64,000 bases of DNA from a virus: positions 16,881-80,880 of the IMG/VR virus record IMGVR_UViG_3300027771_000009. One strand, given 5' to 3'. The notes beneath the pieces were generated by a model that saw only the letters and a program-made list of their open reading frames with translations, ran no database searches and had not been told where the DNA came from. The position numbers and the translations under genes were made by a program. Shown here piece after piece: positions 40,626-50,300 of this stretch (its first letter is position 1; each line of letters starts with the position of its first letter).

Positions 40626-40988
40626 GTGATTATGACAAATAACGATAATTATAATAATATTAAGAAATTACCAAATGGTTTGGAAAAGTTAAAAATATTA
40701 ACTTATATCCCTAAGCCAACAAAAGGTGATTATTTAACTGGTTACATAACTCGATTTTTTATACAAAAGGTAAATGATAAAAGTTCACCTATATATGAGA
40801 TTAAAGCAAGTTATGCATCTAATATAGAATCCAAAGTTTATTATGCGTTAACATCATTGGATTGGAGATTAAATGGAACACCCGAACAAATTAAGAAATC
40901 AAACGCAGCATCGGTGAAGTTAGCATCAGCTGATATTCCTAAGATTGGCTTATATTTACCAAACCTATTACAATTTCATAAGAAATAA
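40626..40988 (+). CDS. Hypothetical baseplate-region protein
   Basis: PKPTKGDYLTGYITRFF motif. Start may be ATG 40632. Confidence 0.6.
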   Translation: MIMTNNDNYNNIKKLPNGLEKLKILTYIPKPTKGDYLTGYITRFFIQKVNDKSSPIYEIKASYASNIESKVYYALTSLDWRLNGTPEQIKKSNAASVKLASADIPKIGLYLPNLLQFHKK

Positions 40989-41012
40989 TTTTGTAATTCA
41001 ATATATTTTTTG

Positions 41013-41020
41013 TATATTTG
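41013..41020 (+). promoter_or_regulatory. Bacteroidota sigma70-type -7 element TATATTTG
   Basis: Fits TAnnTTTG with a TTTG/TTGG/TTAG-like element upstream. Also at 42012, 46672, 46763, 46853, 50271, 53061, 56854 and 62397. Confidence 0.75.
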
Positions 41021-41039
41021 GTATCAAACTAACAAATAG

Positions 41040-41996
41040 ATGAAAGTTACCATAGTAGTAAGAACATTCAAAAGAGCAGAATTCTTAAAACAAGCATTAT
41101 CTTCAATCCAATTACAAACGTATAAAGATTGGGAAGTTATTTTGTTTGATGATAGTGGTTCGACTGAAAATCTTAACATCTATAATACTTTCAAAGCTTA
41201 CAATCCCACTAAACGTATAGTTTACATCACATCAGCAACTCCTTATGATATGTTTAAGGATTCTTGGACTATTTCACCTAAGTTATCAAAGGGAGAATTG
41301 ATAGTAAGGCTAGATGATGATGATTTATTGACTGAAACCTCAATTGAATTTATTGTTAGTACCTATATAAAGAACCCATCATTGGATTTTAGTTATGGTT
41401 CGGCTACATTCTTTGAAAATGATGAACTACGAAGTAAGATAACCACACAAACACCAATAGAGGCACCAAAGACAGTTGATATATGGGAAGGTTACTTACA
41501 TGAACACCCATATAACATACCTTGGAGGTTTAAGCACAATCATTTTGATGAACCACAGCATCATAGTTCAATAATTCATTGTTCTAAGGCTAATCATATG
41601 TGCGTATATCATACATACGTAATGCGAGTATCATCTATATTGAAGGTTATTGATAAAGTGGAGGTAACATCCAACTTTGTTGATGATTTGGAAGCAATGG
41701 GTATAATGGATTATTTGGGATTATCACATACTTCCATAAAAAAGACATTAACTTACGCTAGAATCCATAATAATGGTAGAGTTACTGATAGTAAAGGAAA
41801 TGGTGAAGATACGTTATGGAACAACATACTCAGAATCAGAGATGATGTAGAAAATTATAGAACTAAAGGATTTCAATCTAATATTTACCCTAACTCAATA
41901 GAGGGTGATGAGAATGATGAAATAACGGATTATCAAAGACAGAGATTTAGTGAATATCTAAGTAAAATAAAAAATAATTCAAAAACATTGGGATAA
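41040..41996 (+). CDS. Glycosyltransferase family 2 (GT-A)
   Basis: VTIVVRTFKR..L..ALSSI..QT..WEVILFDDSGS; RLDDDD DxD motif. Confidence 0.85.
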   Translation: MKVTIVVRTFKRAEFLKQALSSIQLQTYKDWEVILFDDSGSTENLNIYNTFKAYNPTKRIVYITSATPYDMFKDSWTISPKLSKGELIVRLDDDDLLTETSIEFIVSTYIKNPSLDFSYGSATFFENDELRSKITTQTPIEAPKTVDIWEGYLHEHPYNIPWRFKHNHFDEPQHHSSIIHCSKANHMCVYHTYVMRVSSILKVIDKVEVTSNFVDDLEAMGIMDYLGLSHTSIKKTLTYARIHNNGRVTDSKGNGEDTLWNNILRIRDDVENYRTKGFQSNIYPNSIEGDENDEITDYQRQRFSEYLSKIKNNSKTLG

Positions 41997-42023
41997 TCCA
42001 ATTATTATTCGTATATTTGTAGG

Positions 42024-43292
42024 ATGGTAATAGTTGAATCGCAAAGTGAAGTAAATGAGTTCCTGCAAATGTGGGAAACAACTCCATCTACAATAATTCC
42101 GATTTGGAATGATTTGGATAAGCATCCTATGAATAATGAGTTATCATTTCTATTCATTAGGTTGGGAAATACTGACTTTATCCTTATATACAACCATATT
42201 GATGGTAAATCCCAACAAATAGACCTTTCAACCTCTACACAACCAAAATGGGTATTGAATAAGAAGGGTTTACTACAAATGGATACCAACATCCAAAACT
42301 TATTTGATATATCTACACATACCTTCTTTGAGGAGAGTAAATTATTAGAATTAAAAAACGAAGAGAAGCAATTCATCAACCATTATAGTAGAATGGGTAT
42401 ACGAGATAATTTAGGTAAGATAGCACCTTTAATGAAATGGGGTGAACACCTTAAATCATTTGTAGACTCTCTTACATTACCTACTCCAACTCCTTCTTGG
42501 ATGAATAACGATGTGATTCCCCTTCTCTCAGATATAGAACGTTTTGGGGTTCGGGTCGATGAGAAAAAATTTATTGATAGATGGCCTCAAGCTACTAAAC
42601 ACTTAAAAGATACAACCCTTTATACCGAATACAACCCATACACCATTACATCCCGTCCATCCAACCGATACGGAGGTATTAACTTTTCGGCGTTGAACAA
42701 AAAGGATGGTACGAGAGATGTGTTTGTACCAAAAGAGAATAGTATCTTTCTACAAATGGATTATGATGCATATCACCCAAGAATCATTGGTAAGTTGATT
42801 GATTACGAATTACCGAAAACTTCCGTTCACCAATGGTTGGCAGACCAATATGGAGTTCCATACGATGAATCAAAGGGAATTACCTTTCAATTACTATATG
42901 GTGGTATACCTGAGGAGTTTGATGAAATACCTTATTATAAGGGTGTTAGAGAGTTTATTGAGAAATTATGGAGTAAGAGTAGTGAAGTGGGTTATCTTCA
43001 AACACAACATAGGAGAATCCCTCTGAGTAGTATAGAAGGAGTGAATCCGCAGAAGTTATTTAATTATTTACTACAAGCGACTGAAACTGAGTTGAATATG
43101 GGTATAATGAAGAAAGTTGTTGAGTTTATTAAACAAACAAAAATTGAGCTTACTCTTTATACTTATGATTCATTTTTATTTAGTTATCCATTAGATACTC
43201 CTAAAGAAGATGCAAAAAAATTAAAAGAAATTATAGAATCCTTTGGATTTCCTATTAAAGCTGATTGGGGAACCGATTATGGAAAACTTTAA
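42024..43292 (+). CDS. Short, divergent family A DNA polymerase-like protein
   Basis: TITSRPS; motif A DYDAYHPR; motif B KGITFQLLYG; NYLLQ; motif C TYDSF. No recognisable exonuclease motifs. Confidence 0.8.
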   Translation: MVIVESQSEVNEFLQMWETTPSTIIPIWNDLDKHPMNNELSFLFIRLGNTDFILIYNHIDGKSQQIDLSTSTQPKWVLNKKGLLQMDTNIQNLFDISTHTFFEESKLLELKNEEKQFINHYSRMGIRDNLGKIAPLMKWGEHLKSFVDSLTLPTPTPSWMNNDVIPLLSDIERFGVRVDEKKFIDRWPQATKHLKDTTLYTEYNPYTITSRPSNRYGGINFSALNKKDGTRDVFVPKENSIFLQMDYDAYHPRIIGKLIDYELPKTSVHQWLADQYGVPYDESKGITFQLLYGGIPEEFDEIPYYKGVREFIEKLWSKSSEVGYLQTQHRRIPLSSIEGVNPQKLFNYLLQATETELNMGIMKKVVEFIKQTKIELTLYTYDSFLFSYPLDTPKEDAKKLKEIIESFGFPIKADWGTDYGKL

Positions 43293-43327
43293 TATTTATA
43301 AGATATAGGGATTGAAAACACCACATT

Positions 43328-45481
43328 ATGAATAAAAATGAATTTATTGACGAGTTATTATCAGAGTTATCTTATCGTTCAGATGAGGGATATCCTATAT
43401 TAACTAAGTCTACGCATATAACTCTAATATCTGAAATATTGGATGAATGGGATATGAGTGGAATAAAAAATATACTAATTGAGAATCTTATTGAAGCTGA
43501 TAAAAATCCAGATGATGATAAATATTCAGGTATTGGTGGTAATCCTTCTAGATATGTAAAAAAATCCGATTACGCAAAGTGGCAACAAAACCCAGACGAA
43601 TTTACAGGTGATAAATTTGATAAATCTGATAATGGTAAGTATTCGCAAGTAGAAGATGATGGTACTAAGCAAGAACCTGAAGTAGAAAAAAAATCAACTA
43701 CATATGATGCATCAACTCCAGATGGACTAGCTTATATAAAATCATTAGGACCAAACGATGCTGCATATAAAGCGGCAGTTAAGGCTGGTCATATAACGGA
43801 TGATGGTGAAGAAGTTAAAACATCAAAAGTTATAAAATCTCCAAACGTAACAGATAAGGTTTATGGTAAGGTAGGTGAAGGCGATACTGATGTGAAGAAC
43901 AATATGTTCAAATATGGGTTCAAAGGATACCTAAAAGGAACAGGTTCAAAACCAGCTCCGGGTTCCGCAGGTTCAGCATTTAATGAGATAGCATCAGGTG
44001 AGGGGGTTCATATGATAGATGAAAATCCAAATATAACTGAAGAGGAATTAGCTCGTAAGATGTATGAAGAATACAAAGAAACTAAATTAGGTAAAGAGCA
44101 AAGTAAATCATCTGGTGTTGGTAAAATACCAAAGGATATCAAAAATGCTAAGTTATGGTCTAAGTGTGTAATATCAGCTCGTTCAGCTAGAACAAAATAC
44201 AACACAACTCAACAAAGAGTTAAAAATCTTCAAAAAGATGGTAAATTCGGTACTATTGATAAGATAAACACTTACTATGGAGCAGCCGAATCCATAGACG
44301 CACAAGTTTTAGCTATCAATGATTCTAACAAAGTTATTTTACCAAATGGTACTGAAGTATCTAAAGAAGATGCTATTAAGTTTGTTAAAGCTGGTGGTGG
44401 TGGAATCAATCCATCTGATACTGCTACATTTGTAAACGATAAAAGTGGTAACTTGTTGATTCAATTTCATTCTGATAAAACATCAACTTCTGATATTCAA
44501 GACAACTCTACGTTAGCTCAAGAAGGAGAAAATTATAAAAACTCTATTGATAATAGTAACTTATCTGATGAAGATAAGGTGGAATCTAAATCTATTGTAG
44601 ATGGGTATTCAACTAAAATGGTAGCTATCGAAGAAAACTATAACAAACAAGCAGCTATTATTGCTGGTAGATTATCTGAATTACCAGTAGATACCCAAGT
44701 AGACATTATAGAAAAGGATACCCAAACCCTAAAACAAAACATTGAGGTAGCTATATTTGGTAAGGATGGTAGCCCTAAAAAACAATTTAAGAAATATCTA
44801 CCTGTTGATTCTACTACAACTTCGTTATCAATGCAGGAAAAATACGAAGCTATTCGTAGGCTGGTTGCCGATGGTAATGGTAAAACAAATGAAGTTAAGG
44901 TAATAACAAAAGTAGGACTTATTTTACAATCAAAAGATTCATCCATTGAAGGTATTGATGTAAAAAAACTTATATCTGATGAAAGAGCAGAAGTTGTAAA
45001 TTTACAAAGAGAAAGAGTTGATGTACTTAATAAAAAATCGGTAGATGTAGATGGTGTCCCAGTACCATTGGGTAGATTAATGGAAGCTGAAGAAACAATT
45101 AGAGGATTTCATTTATCACTTATGGATTATCCACCTAAGAAATATGAAAGTGGAAATCCATCATCTATGGTTGGTTCATCATTGGATGTAAATATGGGTG
45201 GTGCTACAGTTAATGGTGAAGTACTTAGGGGGTGTATTGGTGTAAATAGTACAACTGAATTTAAACAAAAGTTTAGATTAAAGGAGTCTGAAGAATTAGT
45301 TAAAGATGATGAGGGTAATGTAACTGGAAAAACTGTATTTGTTTACGCTATTGATTCCGATGGAAAAGAAATTGAAATTGGTAAAAAAAGTTATCGTTCA
45401 AAAGCTGGTGCAACTGGAAAAACAAATAACACATTCCAATATAGTAAAGGAATGCAAGATTGTTTTAAATCCAAATCTTAA
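43328..45481 (+). CDS. Hypothetical protein, possibly an internal head protein
   Basis: 717 aa, highly charged; TATTTATA upstream; N-terminal leader rich in I/L-x-E. Confidence 0.5.
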   Translation: MNKNEFIDELLSELSYRSDEGYPILTKSTHITLISEILDEWDMSGIKNILIENLIEADKNPDDDKYSGIGGNPSRYVKKSDYAKWQQNPDEFTGDKFDKSDNGKYSQVEDDGTKQEPEVEKKSTTYDASTPDGLAYIKSLGPNDAAYKAAVKAGHITDDGEEVKTSKVIKSPNVTDKVYGKVGEGDTDVKNNMFKYGFKGYLKGTGSKPAPGSAGSAFNEIASGEGVHMIDENPNITEEELARKMYEEYKETKLGKEQSKSSGVGKIPKDIKNAKLWSKCVISARSARTKYNTTQQRVKNLQKDGKFGTIDKINTYYGAAESIDAQVLAINDSNKVILPNGTEVSKEDAIKFVKAGGGGINPSDTATFVNDKSGNLLIQFHSDKTSTSDIQDNSTLAQEGENYKNSIDNSNLSDEDKVESKSIVDGYSTKMVAIEENYNKQAAIIAGRLSELPVDTQVDIIEKDTQTLKQNIEVAIFGKDGSPKKQFKKYLPVDSTTTSLSMQEKYEAIRRLVADGNGKTNEVKVITKVGLILQSKDSSIEGIDVKKLISDERAEVVNLQRERVDVLNKKSVDVDGVPVPLGRLMEAEETIRGFHLSLMDYPPKKYESGNPSSMVGSSLDVNMGGATVNGEVLRGCIGVNSTTEFKQKFRLKESEELVKDDEGNVTGKTVFVYAIDSDGKEIEIGKKSYRSKAGATGKTNNTFQYSKGMQDCFKSKS

Positions 45482-45570
45482 AAAATAATTATACCTATAA
45501 AACATCCCTTTGTGTAAGTAGTTTATATTTATATTCAACAAAGGAATTCTCATTATAGAGAAATATAAAT

Positions 45571-45972
45571 ATGAAAACACAATTACTGTGTACATTTACA
45601 ACAAAGGCTGAGTTACAGAAGGTTCTACAAGATATTAGAGAGACTTATGTAATCGTATATAACTACATCTACATCTTGCAAAACAAAGCAGATTTAGATG
45701 AATTATACATTACATATAATATCAATACTGAATATAGACCAACCCAACCATTGAGAGATACGATATTGATTCATCGTAAAAAAGAATCAAACTCACTATA
45801 TACAATTAATGCTTTAAATCAACTTGTAAGAGAGGAGAATGGTGGAGTATTGGATAAATCCTTTATCATTGATTGGCAGAAATTTAGAAACTCAATAATA
45901 CTTACAAATACAGAGGGTACTAAGAAAATCCAAACTCGTATCTTTGAGGTTATAGAATTTAATCAAAAATAA
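45571..45972 (+). CDS. Hypothetical phage protein
   Basis: 133-aa ORF (LLCTF...HRKKESNSLYTINALN); late-type motif upstream. Confidence 0.6.
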   Translation: MKTQLLCTFTTKAELQKVLQDIRETYVIVYNYIYILQNKADLDELYITYNINTEYRPTQPLRDTILIHRKKESNSLYTINALNQLVREENGGVLDKSFIIDWQKFRNSIILTNTEGTKKIQTRIFEVIEFNQK

Positions 45973-45983
45973 CAGAGTAACAA

Positions 45984-46595
45984 ATGGCAAAATTTACAAG
46001 AGAACAAATCGAAGAAACATTAAAAGGTAAAGGTTATAAGTACTTTACAAATGATAAGGGGTATGATGTTAACATTGTTGGTATTAGAAATTCCGATACA
46101 CATGGTGAGGTAACAAATAAGTTTGATGATACTTTAACAATATCATATAAGGATTCAGATGGTAAGTGGATTTATAATGAATATAAAGCAACAACTGACC
46201 CTGGTTCACATTGGGAAAAGAACTTATTGAACAAAGATGGTGTTGCAATTCTAAAACCAGGTCAATATAGAGGTTCACATAAAATTGGATTACACCAAGG
46301 TAAGTATGAAGCACTAAGACAACAAAAGCCCGTTAAAGTTTATAGAGATAAAAACAAAGATGGTAAGTATGATATGATTGAAGAGAATGTACAAGAGGGT
46401 ATATTTGGAATCAACATTCATAAAGCTGGTAAGTTTGAAAATGGTTCAACTCAAATTGATAAATGGTCTGCTGGTTGTCAAGTATTTTCTAAACAATCCG
46501 ATTTCTATGAATTTATGGAAATATGTAATAAGGCTAAAGATGTATGGGGAAACTCTTTCACATACACATTAATAGAATCTACCGATATCGTATAG
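45984..46595 (+). CDS. Putative endolysin with an L,D-transpeptidase (YkuD)-like His/Cys motif
   Basis: GINIHKAG...WSAGCQVF. Confidence 0.6.
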   Translation: MAKFTREQIEETLKGKGYKYFTNDKGYDVNIVGIRNSDTHGEVTNKFDDTLTISYKDSDGKWIYNEYKATTDPGSHWEKNLLNKDGVAILKPGQYRGSHKIGLHQGKYEALRQQKPVKVYRDKNKDGKYDMIEENVQEGIFGINIHKAGKFENGSTQIDKWSAGCQVFSKQSDFYEFMEICNKAKDVWGNSFTYTLIESTDIV

Positions 46596-46619
46596 ATACA
46601 TAAAAACAAAACAAATTTA

Positions 46620-46647
46620 AAAAGGGGGAAAGAAATTTCCCTCTTTT
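46620..46647 (+). terminator. Rho-independent terminator
   Basis: Hairpin AAAGGGGGAAAGAAATTTCCCTCTTTT with a T-rich tail. Confidence 0.7.
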
Positions 46648-46658
46648 GTTGTTTATAC

Positions 46659-46937
46659 CAATTATTTTTTGTATATTTGTTTAACAAATGTAGAAAGATA
46701 CACATTACACGTCTATTATTAAAAAACTTTCAAAAACATTTGGTAGTATCAATTATTTTTCGTATATTTGTTTAACAAATGGAGAAAGATACCAAAATAC
46801 TGCCACTCAAAAAGTTTTTCAAATAATGTTTGGTAGTATCAATTATTTTTCGTATATTTGTGAAACAAACCATCAGGAAGTACCTTAAAATGAGGTTTCT
46901 TGATATTTATATGTGGTGTAGGAAAGACACCAAAATA
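46659..46937 (+). repeat. Three ~90-bp tandem promoter units plus a late motif upstream of ssb
   Basis: AATTATTTTTYGTATATTTGT at 91- and 90-nt spacing; GAAAGAYAC at 46693, 46784 and 46922. Confidence 0.85.
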
Positions 46938-46974
46938 AAACCATTAAATAAATAAACACTTAAATTTTTAAAAC

Positions 46975-47787
46975 ATGGGACTAGATTTATCCGCAATCAG
47001 AGGTAGACTGAACAAACTACAAAACACTGGAAACTCAAAGAGTAATCTTTGGAAACCATCACCTGGTAAACATCAAGTACGTATCGTACCTTACCTATTT
47101 AACAAAGAGAATCCTTTCATCGAATTGTATTTTCACTACAACATCAACAACAAAACTTATTTATCTCCATCATCATTTGGAAGACCAGACCCTATTGTAG
47201 AGTTTGCTGACAAATTAAAGAGAATGGGTGATAAGGAAGATTGGAAAGCAGCTAAGAAAATGGAACCGAAATTAAGAACTTTCGTACCTGTATTAGTTAG
47301 AGGTGAAGAAGGTGAAGGTGTAAAGTTTTGGGGATTTGGTAAAACTGTTTATCAAGAAATCTTAGGTTACATTGCTGACCCTGATTATGGTGATATTACT
47401 GAACCAACAACTGGTAGAGATATTACTATTGAGTACACATCAGCAGAAGATGCTGGAACATCTTACCCTGTTACTACTATTAGAGTTAAACCATCAGTAT
47501 CACCAATCACAAATGATGCGGCTCAGGTTAAACAATTATTAGAAGGACAGACTAATATTACTGATATTTATTCTGAATTATCTTATGATGAATTGAAAAG
47601 TGTATTAGAAGGTTGGTTAAATCCATCAGCAGAAGGAGCAAATGATACGGCATCTCAACAAACCTTATCAACTCCAACAGCAGCACCAACACCAACTCCA
47701 ACAGCAGCACCTGTACAAGCAGCACCTGTTGATAGAAAGAAGTTGGATGATGTTGCTAACGCATTCGATGATTTATTCAACTCATAA
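46975..47787 (+). CDS. Single-stranded DNA-binding protein (T4 gp32-like)
   Basis: WKP..G...VRIVP, WGFGKTVYQ, YGDIT..GRD; acidic tail DDVANAFDDLFN. Confidence 0.85.
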   Translation: MGLDLSAIRGRLNKLQNTGNSKSNLWKPSPGKHQVRIVPYLFNKENPFIELYFHYNINNKTYLSPSSFGRPDPIVEFADKLKRMGDKEDWKAAKKMEPKLRTFVPVLVRGEEGEGVKFWGFGKTVYQEILGYIADPDYGDITEPTTGRDITIEYTSAEDAGTSYPVTTIRVKPSVSPITNDAAQVKQLLEGQTNITDIYSELSYDELKSVLEGWLNPSAEGANDTASQQTLSTPTAAPTPTPTAAPVQAAPVDRKKLDDVANAFDDLFNS

Positions 47788-47799
47788 TACTAAATTTTA

Positions 47800-48924
47800 A
47801 TGGCAAAAAAGATAACAAAAGAAGATGATTTGGCAAGTTTACTTGCCGAATCTCTTAACAAAAAAGCAAAAGACCAAAAAGTGGCATTCTTTTTGGATGG
47901 TGGGGATTCTCCTACTGATGTATCTGATTGGGTATCCTCTGGAGCATCTATGCTAGACGTTGCCATTTCGAACCGACCTTATGGTGGGTTCCCTGTTGGT
48001 AGAATTGCTGAAATTACTGGACTAGAACAATCTGGAAAATCATTAGTATCTGCACACCTTTTGGCTGAAACACAAAAGAAAGGTGGAGTAGCTGTACTAA
48101 TCGATACTGAAAATGCAGTAAGTAGAGAGTTCTTAGAAGTAATTGGAGTGGATGTATCTAAATTATTATATGTAGCAGCTGAGACAGTAGAACAATGTTT
48201 CGAAATCACCGAAACTATTATTGAAAATGTAAGAGTAGCATCGAAAGATAGACTTGTAACAATCGTAGTAGATTCAGTAGCAGCAGCATCAACTGAAAAG
48301 GAGATGGATGCAGATTATGGTAAAGATGGATACGCAACCGATAAAGCAATTATCATATCAAAGGCTATGCGTAAGATTACTAACTTAATTGGTAGACAGA
48401 AAATCACATTGGTTTTTACAAATCAGTTAAGACAGAAAATGAACGCAATGCCATTCTCTGACCCTTGGACTACTTCAGGTGGTAAAGCTATCGCTTTCCA
48501 CGCTTCAGTACGTTTAAGATTAAAAGGAATGGGAAGTATCAAAGCCAAAGTAAATGGTGTTGATAGAATCGTAGGTATTAAAGTGAGAGCACAGGTTGTT
48601 AAAAACCGAATGGGACCACCACTTAGACACGCTGATTTTGAGGTTATGTTTGATAGAGGAATTGATAACTGCGGTTCGTGGTTGAATATTATGAAAGAAA
48701 ACAAAATCGTTACGCAAGGTGGAGCTTGGTATAAGTATGTTGATACTGAAACTGGTGAGGAACATAAATTCCAATCCAAAGAATTCCCTGAGTTGTTGAA
48801 AAATGACCCTAAATTAGAAGAACAAATTTATAATAAAATTTGTGAAGCTACTATTAGAGAATACAAATCAGCATCAGAGGATATCGATAACTTAGTAGTA
48901 GATGACCAAGTTATTGGAGATTAA
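47800..48924 (+). CDS. recA: RecA/UvsX recombinase
   Basis: GRIAEITGLEQSGKS Walker A; VVDSVAA; FTNQLR; TTSGGKAIAFHASVR. Confidence 0.95.
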   Translation: MAKKITKEDDLASLLAESLNKKAKDQKVAFFLDGGDSPTDVSDWVSSGASMLDVAISNRPYGGFPVGRIAEITGLEQSGKSLVSAHLLAETQKKGGVAVLIDTENAVSREFLEVIGVDVSKLLYVAAETVEQCFEITETIIENVRVASKDRLVTIVVDSVAAASTEKEMDADYGKDGYATDKAIIISKAMRKITNLIGRQKITLVFTNQLRQKMNAMPFSDPWTTSGGKAIAFHASVRLRLKGMGSIKAKVNGVDRIVGIKVRAQVVKNRMGPPLRHADFEVMFDRGIDNCGSWLNIMKENKIVTQGGAWYKYVDTETGEEHKFQSKEFPELLKNDPKLEEQIYNKICEATIREYKSASEDIDNLVVDDQVIGD

Positions 48925-48944
48925 AAATTAAAAAATAATAAGTT

Positions 48945-49199
48945 ATGAGTAAATTAGCAAATATGTTACGCACATCAGCGGAAGCTGATAAAGCAAAAGC
49001 ACTCCTTACGTTGGAGTTGTTGGAAAACCATCCTGCCGGAATTGGTGACCATTCTACAAAAGATTTCTATTCAAACGCTGAAGAAGCTCTTCAGATGTTG
49101 GTAGATGCAGATGATAGATTGGGAGCAATCCAAAAGTACCTATCTCCACAAAATGTGGGATTGGTTAATGGTAATGGTTATACAACAACAACAACATAA
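48945..49199 (+). CDS. Small hypothetical phage protein (PAGIGDH motif)
   Basis: 84-aa ORF coupled to the next gene by a TAATG overlap. Confidence 0.6.
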   Translation: MSKLANMLRTSAEADKAKALLTLELLENHPAGIGDHSTKDFYSNAEEALQMLVDADDRLGAIQKYLSPQNVGLVNGNGYTTTTT

Positions 49200-50245
49200 T
49201 GAAGAAACTCTACAAAGAAATCCTCAACGAAGTAAGTGAGGAACACAAAACGAATCATTTACGAGATAGGAACAGTAGAGTTCTTATTATTGATGGACTA
49301 AACACCTTTATCCGTAGCTGGACAACCAACCCTACAATGAATGAGGATGGTGACCATACGGGTGGGGTGATTGGTTCACTCAAATCCATCGGATATCAAA
49401 TCAGAGAATTTAACCCAACGAGAGTTGTGGTTACATTCGATGGTAAAGATGGTTCTAAATCCAGAAAAGATATTCACGAAGGATATAAGGCTGGTAGAGA
49501 AAAGAATCGTTTCAGAGTTAATCGAGCCTATGGTGCTCCATTATCTGAAGAAGATGAAAGATTATCAATGAGGCAACAATTTGTGTGGCTGAATGATATA
49601 TTGGATTTCCTACCTGTACAAACTATGGTTTATGATGGTATTGAGGCTGATGATACAATTGCATATGTAACCAATCACGTTCAAAATCAATTAGATGGGC
49701 AAGTTATAATTGTTTCAACTGATAAAGATTTTCTACAATTGGTTTCAGATAAAGTGACTGTATTCTCACCAACCAAAAAGAAACTATATAATAGACAACT
49801 CGTTTTTGATGAGTGGGGTATTTGGCCTGAAAATCTTTTAGTATATCGTACGTTGGATGGAGATAAATCCGATTGTATTCCAGGCATCAGAGGATGTGGT
49901 ATTAAAACCACTTTAAAGAGGTTTCCTGAACTATCGGAAGATAGGCTAGTAACACATGAGGAATTGTTCCAATTGTGTGAGGAGAAGAAGGGGAAGATAA
50001 AACTGTATGATGATATCTTAGGAGCAAAAGAACAACTTTTGATGAATAAGAGATTAATGGAGTTAGATGTACCACATATCCCAACCAATAAGAAATTAAA
50101 GATTATGGATAGATTCGCTGAAGATGATATCCAATTCAATAAACTTGATTTCCTTAAAGTTGGTGCTAAATATAAGGTACTTCAAAATTGGAGAGATATA
50201 AATGATTGGTTACAATCAACATTTCACAACATTATTACAAAATAG
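49199..50245 (+). CDS. 5'-3' exonuclease/flap endonuclease (T4 RNase H-like)
   Basis: LIIDGLN, VTFDG, YKAGR, EADD, STDKDFLQL and GDKSDCIPGIRGCG motifs. Confidence 0.92.
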   Translation: MKKLYKEILNEVSEEHKTNHLRDRNSRVLIIDGLNTFIRSWTTNPTMNEDGDHTGGVIGSLKSIGYQIREFNPTRVVVTFDGKDGSKSRKDIHEGYKAGREKNRFRVNRAYGAPLSEEDERLSMRQQFVWLNDILDFLPVQTMVYDGIEADDTIAYVTNHVQNQLDGQVIIVSTDKDFLQLVSDKVTVFSPTKKKLYNRQLVFDEWGIWPENLLVYRTLDGDKSDCIPGIRGCGIKTTLKRFPELSEDRLVTHEELFQLCEEKKGKIKLYDDILGAKEQLLMNKRLMELDVPHIPTNKKLKIMDRFAEDDIQFNKLDFLKVGAKYKVLQNWRDINDWLQSTFHNIITK

Positions 50246-50300
50246 ATTAGGTTATATCATAAATATATTGTATATTTGTGATTCAAATCAAAAGTTATAG

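Noticed and set aside
29592-40988. Bacterial contractile injection system or tailocin
   Set aside because: Linked to phage replication genes (gp32-like SSB, helicase, PolB) with no cellular housekeeping context.
46659-46870. 90-bp repeats as a mini-CRISPR
   Set aside because: The conserved part is a promoter consensus and the intervening segments resemble each other.
2808-46911. T4-type TATAAATA promoters driving minus-strand genes
   Set aside because: No credible minus-strand CDS; the motif consistently precedes + strand starts.
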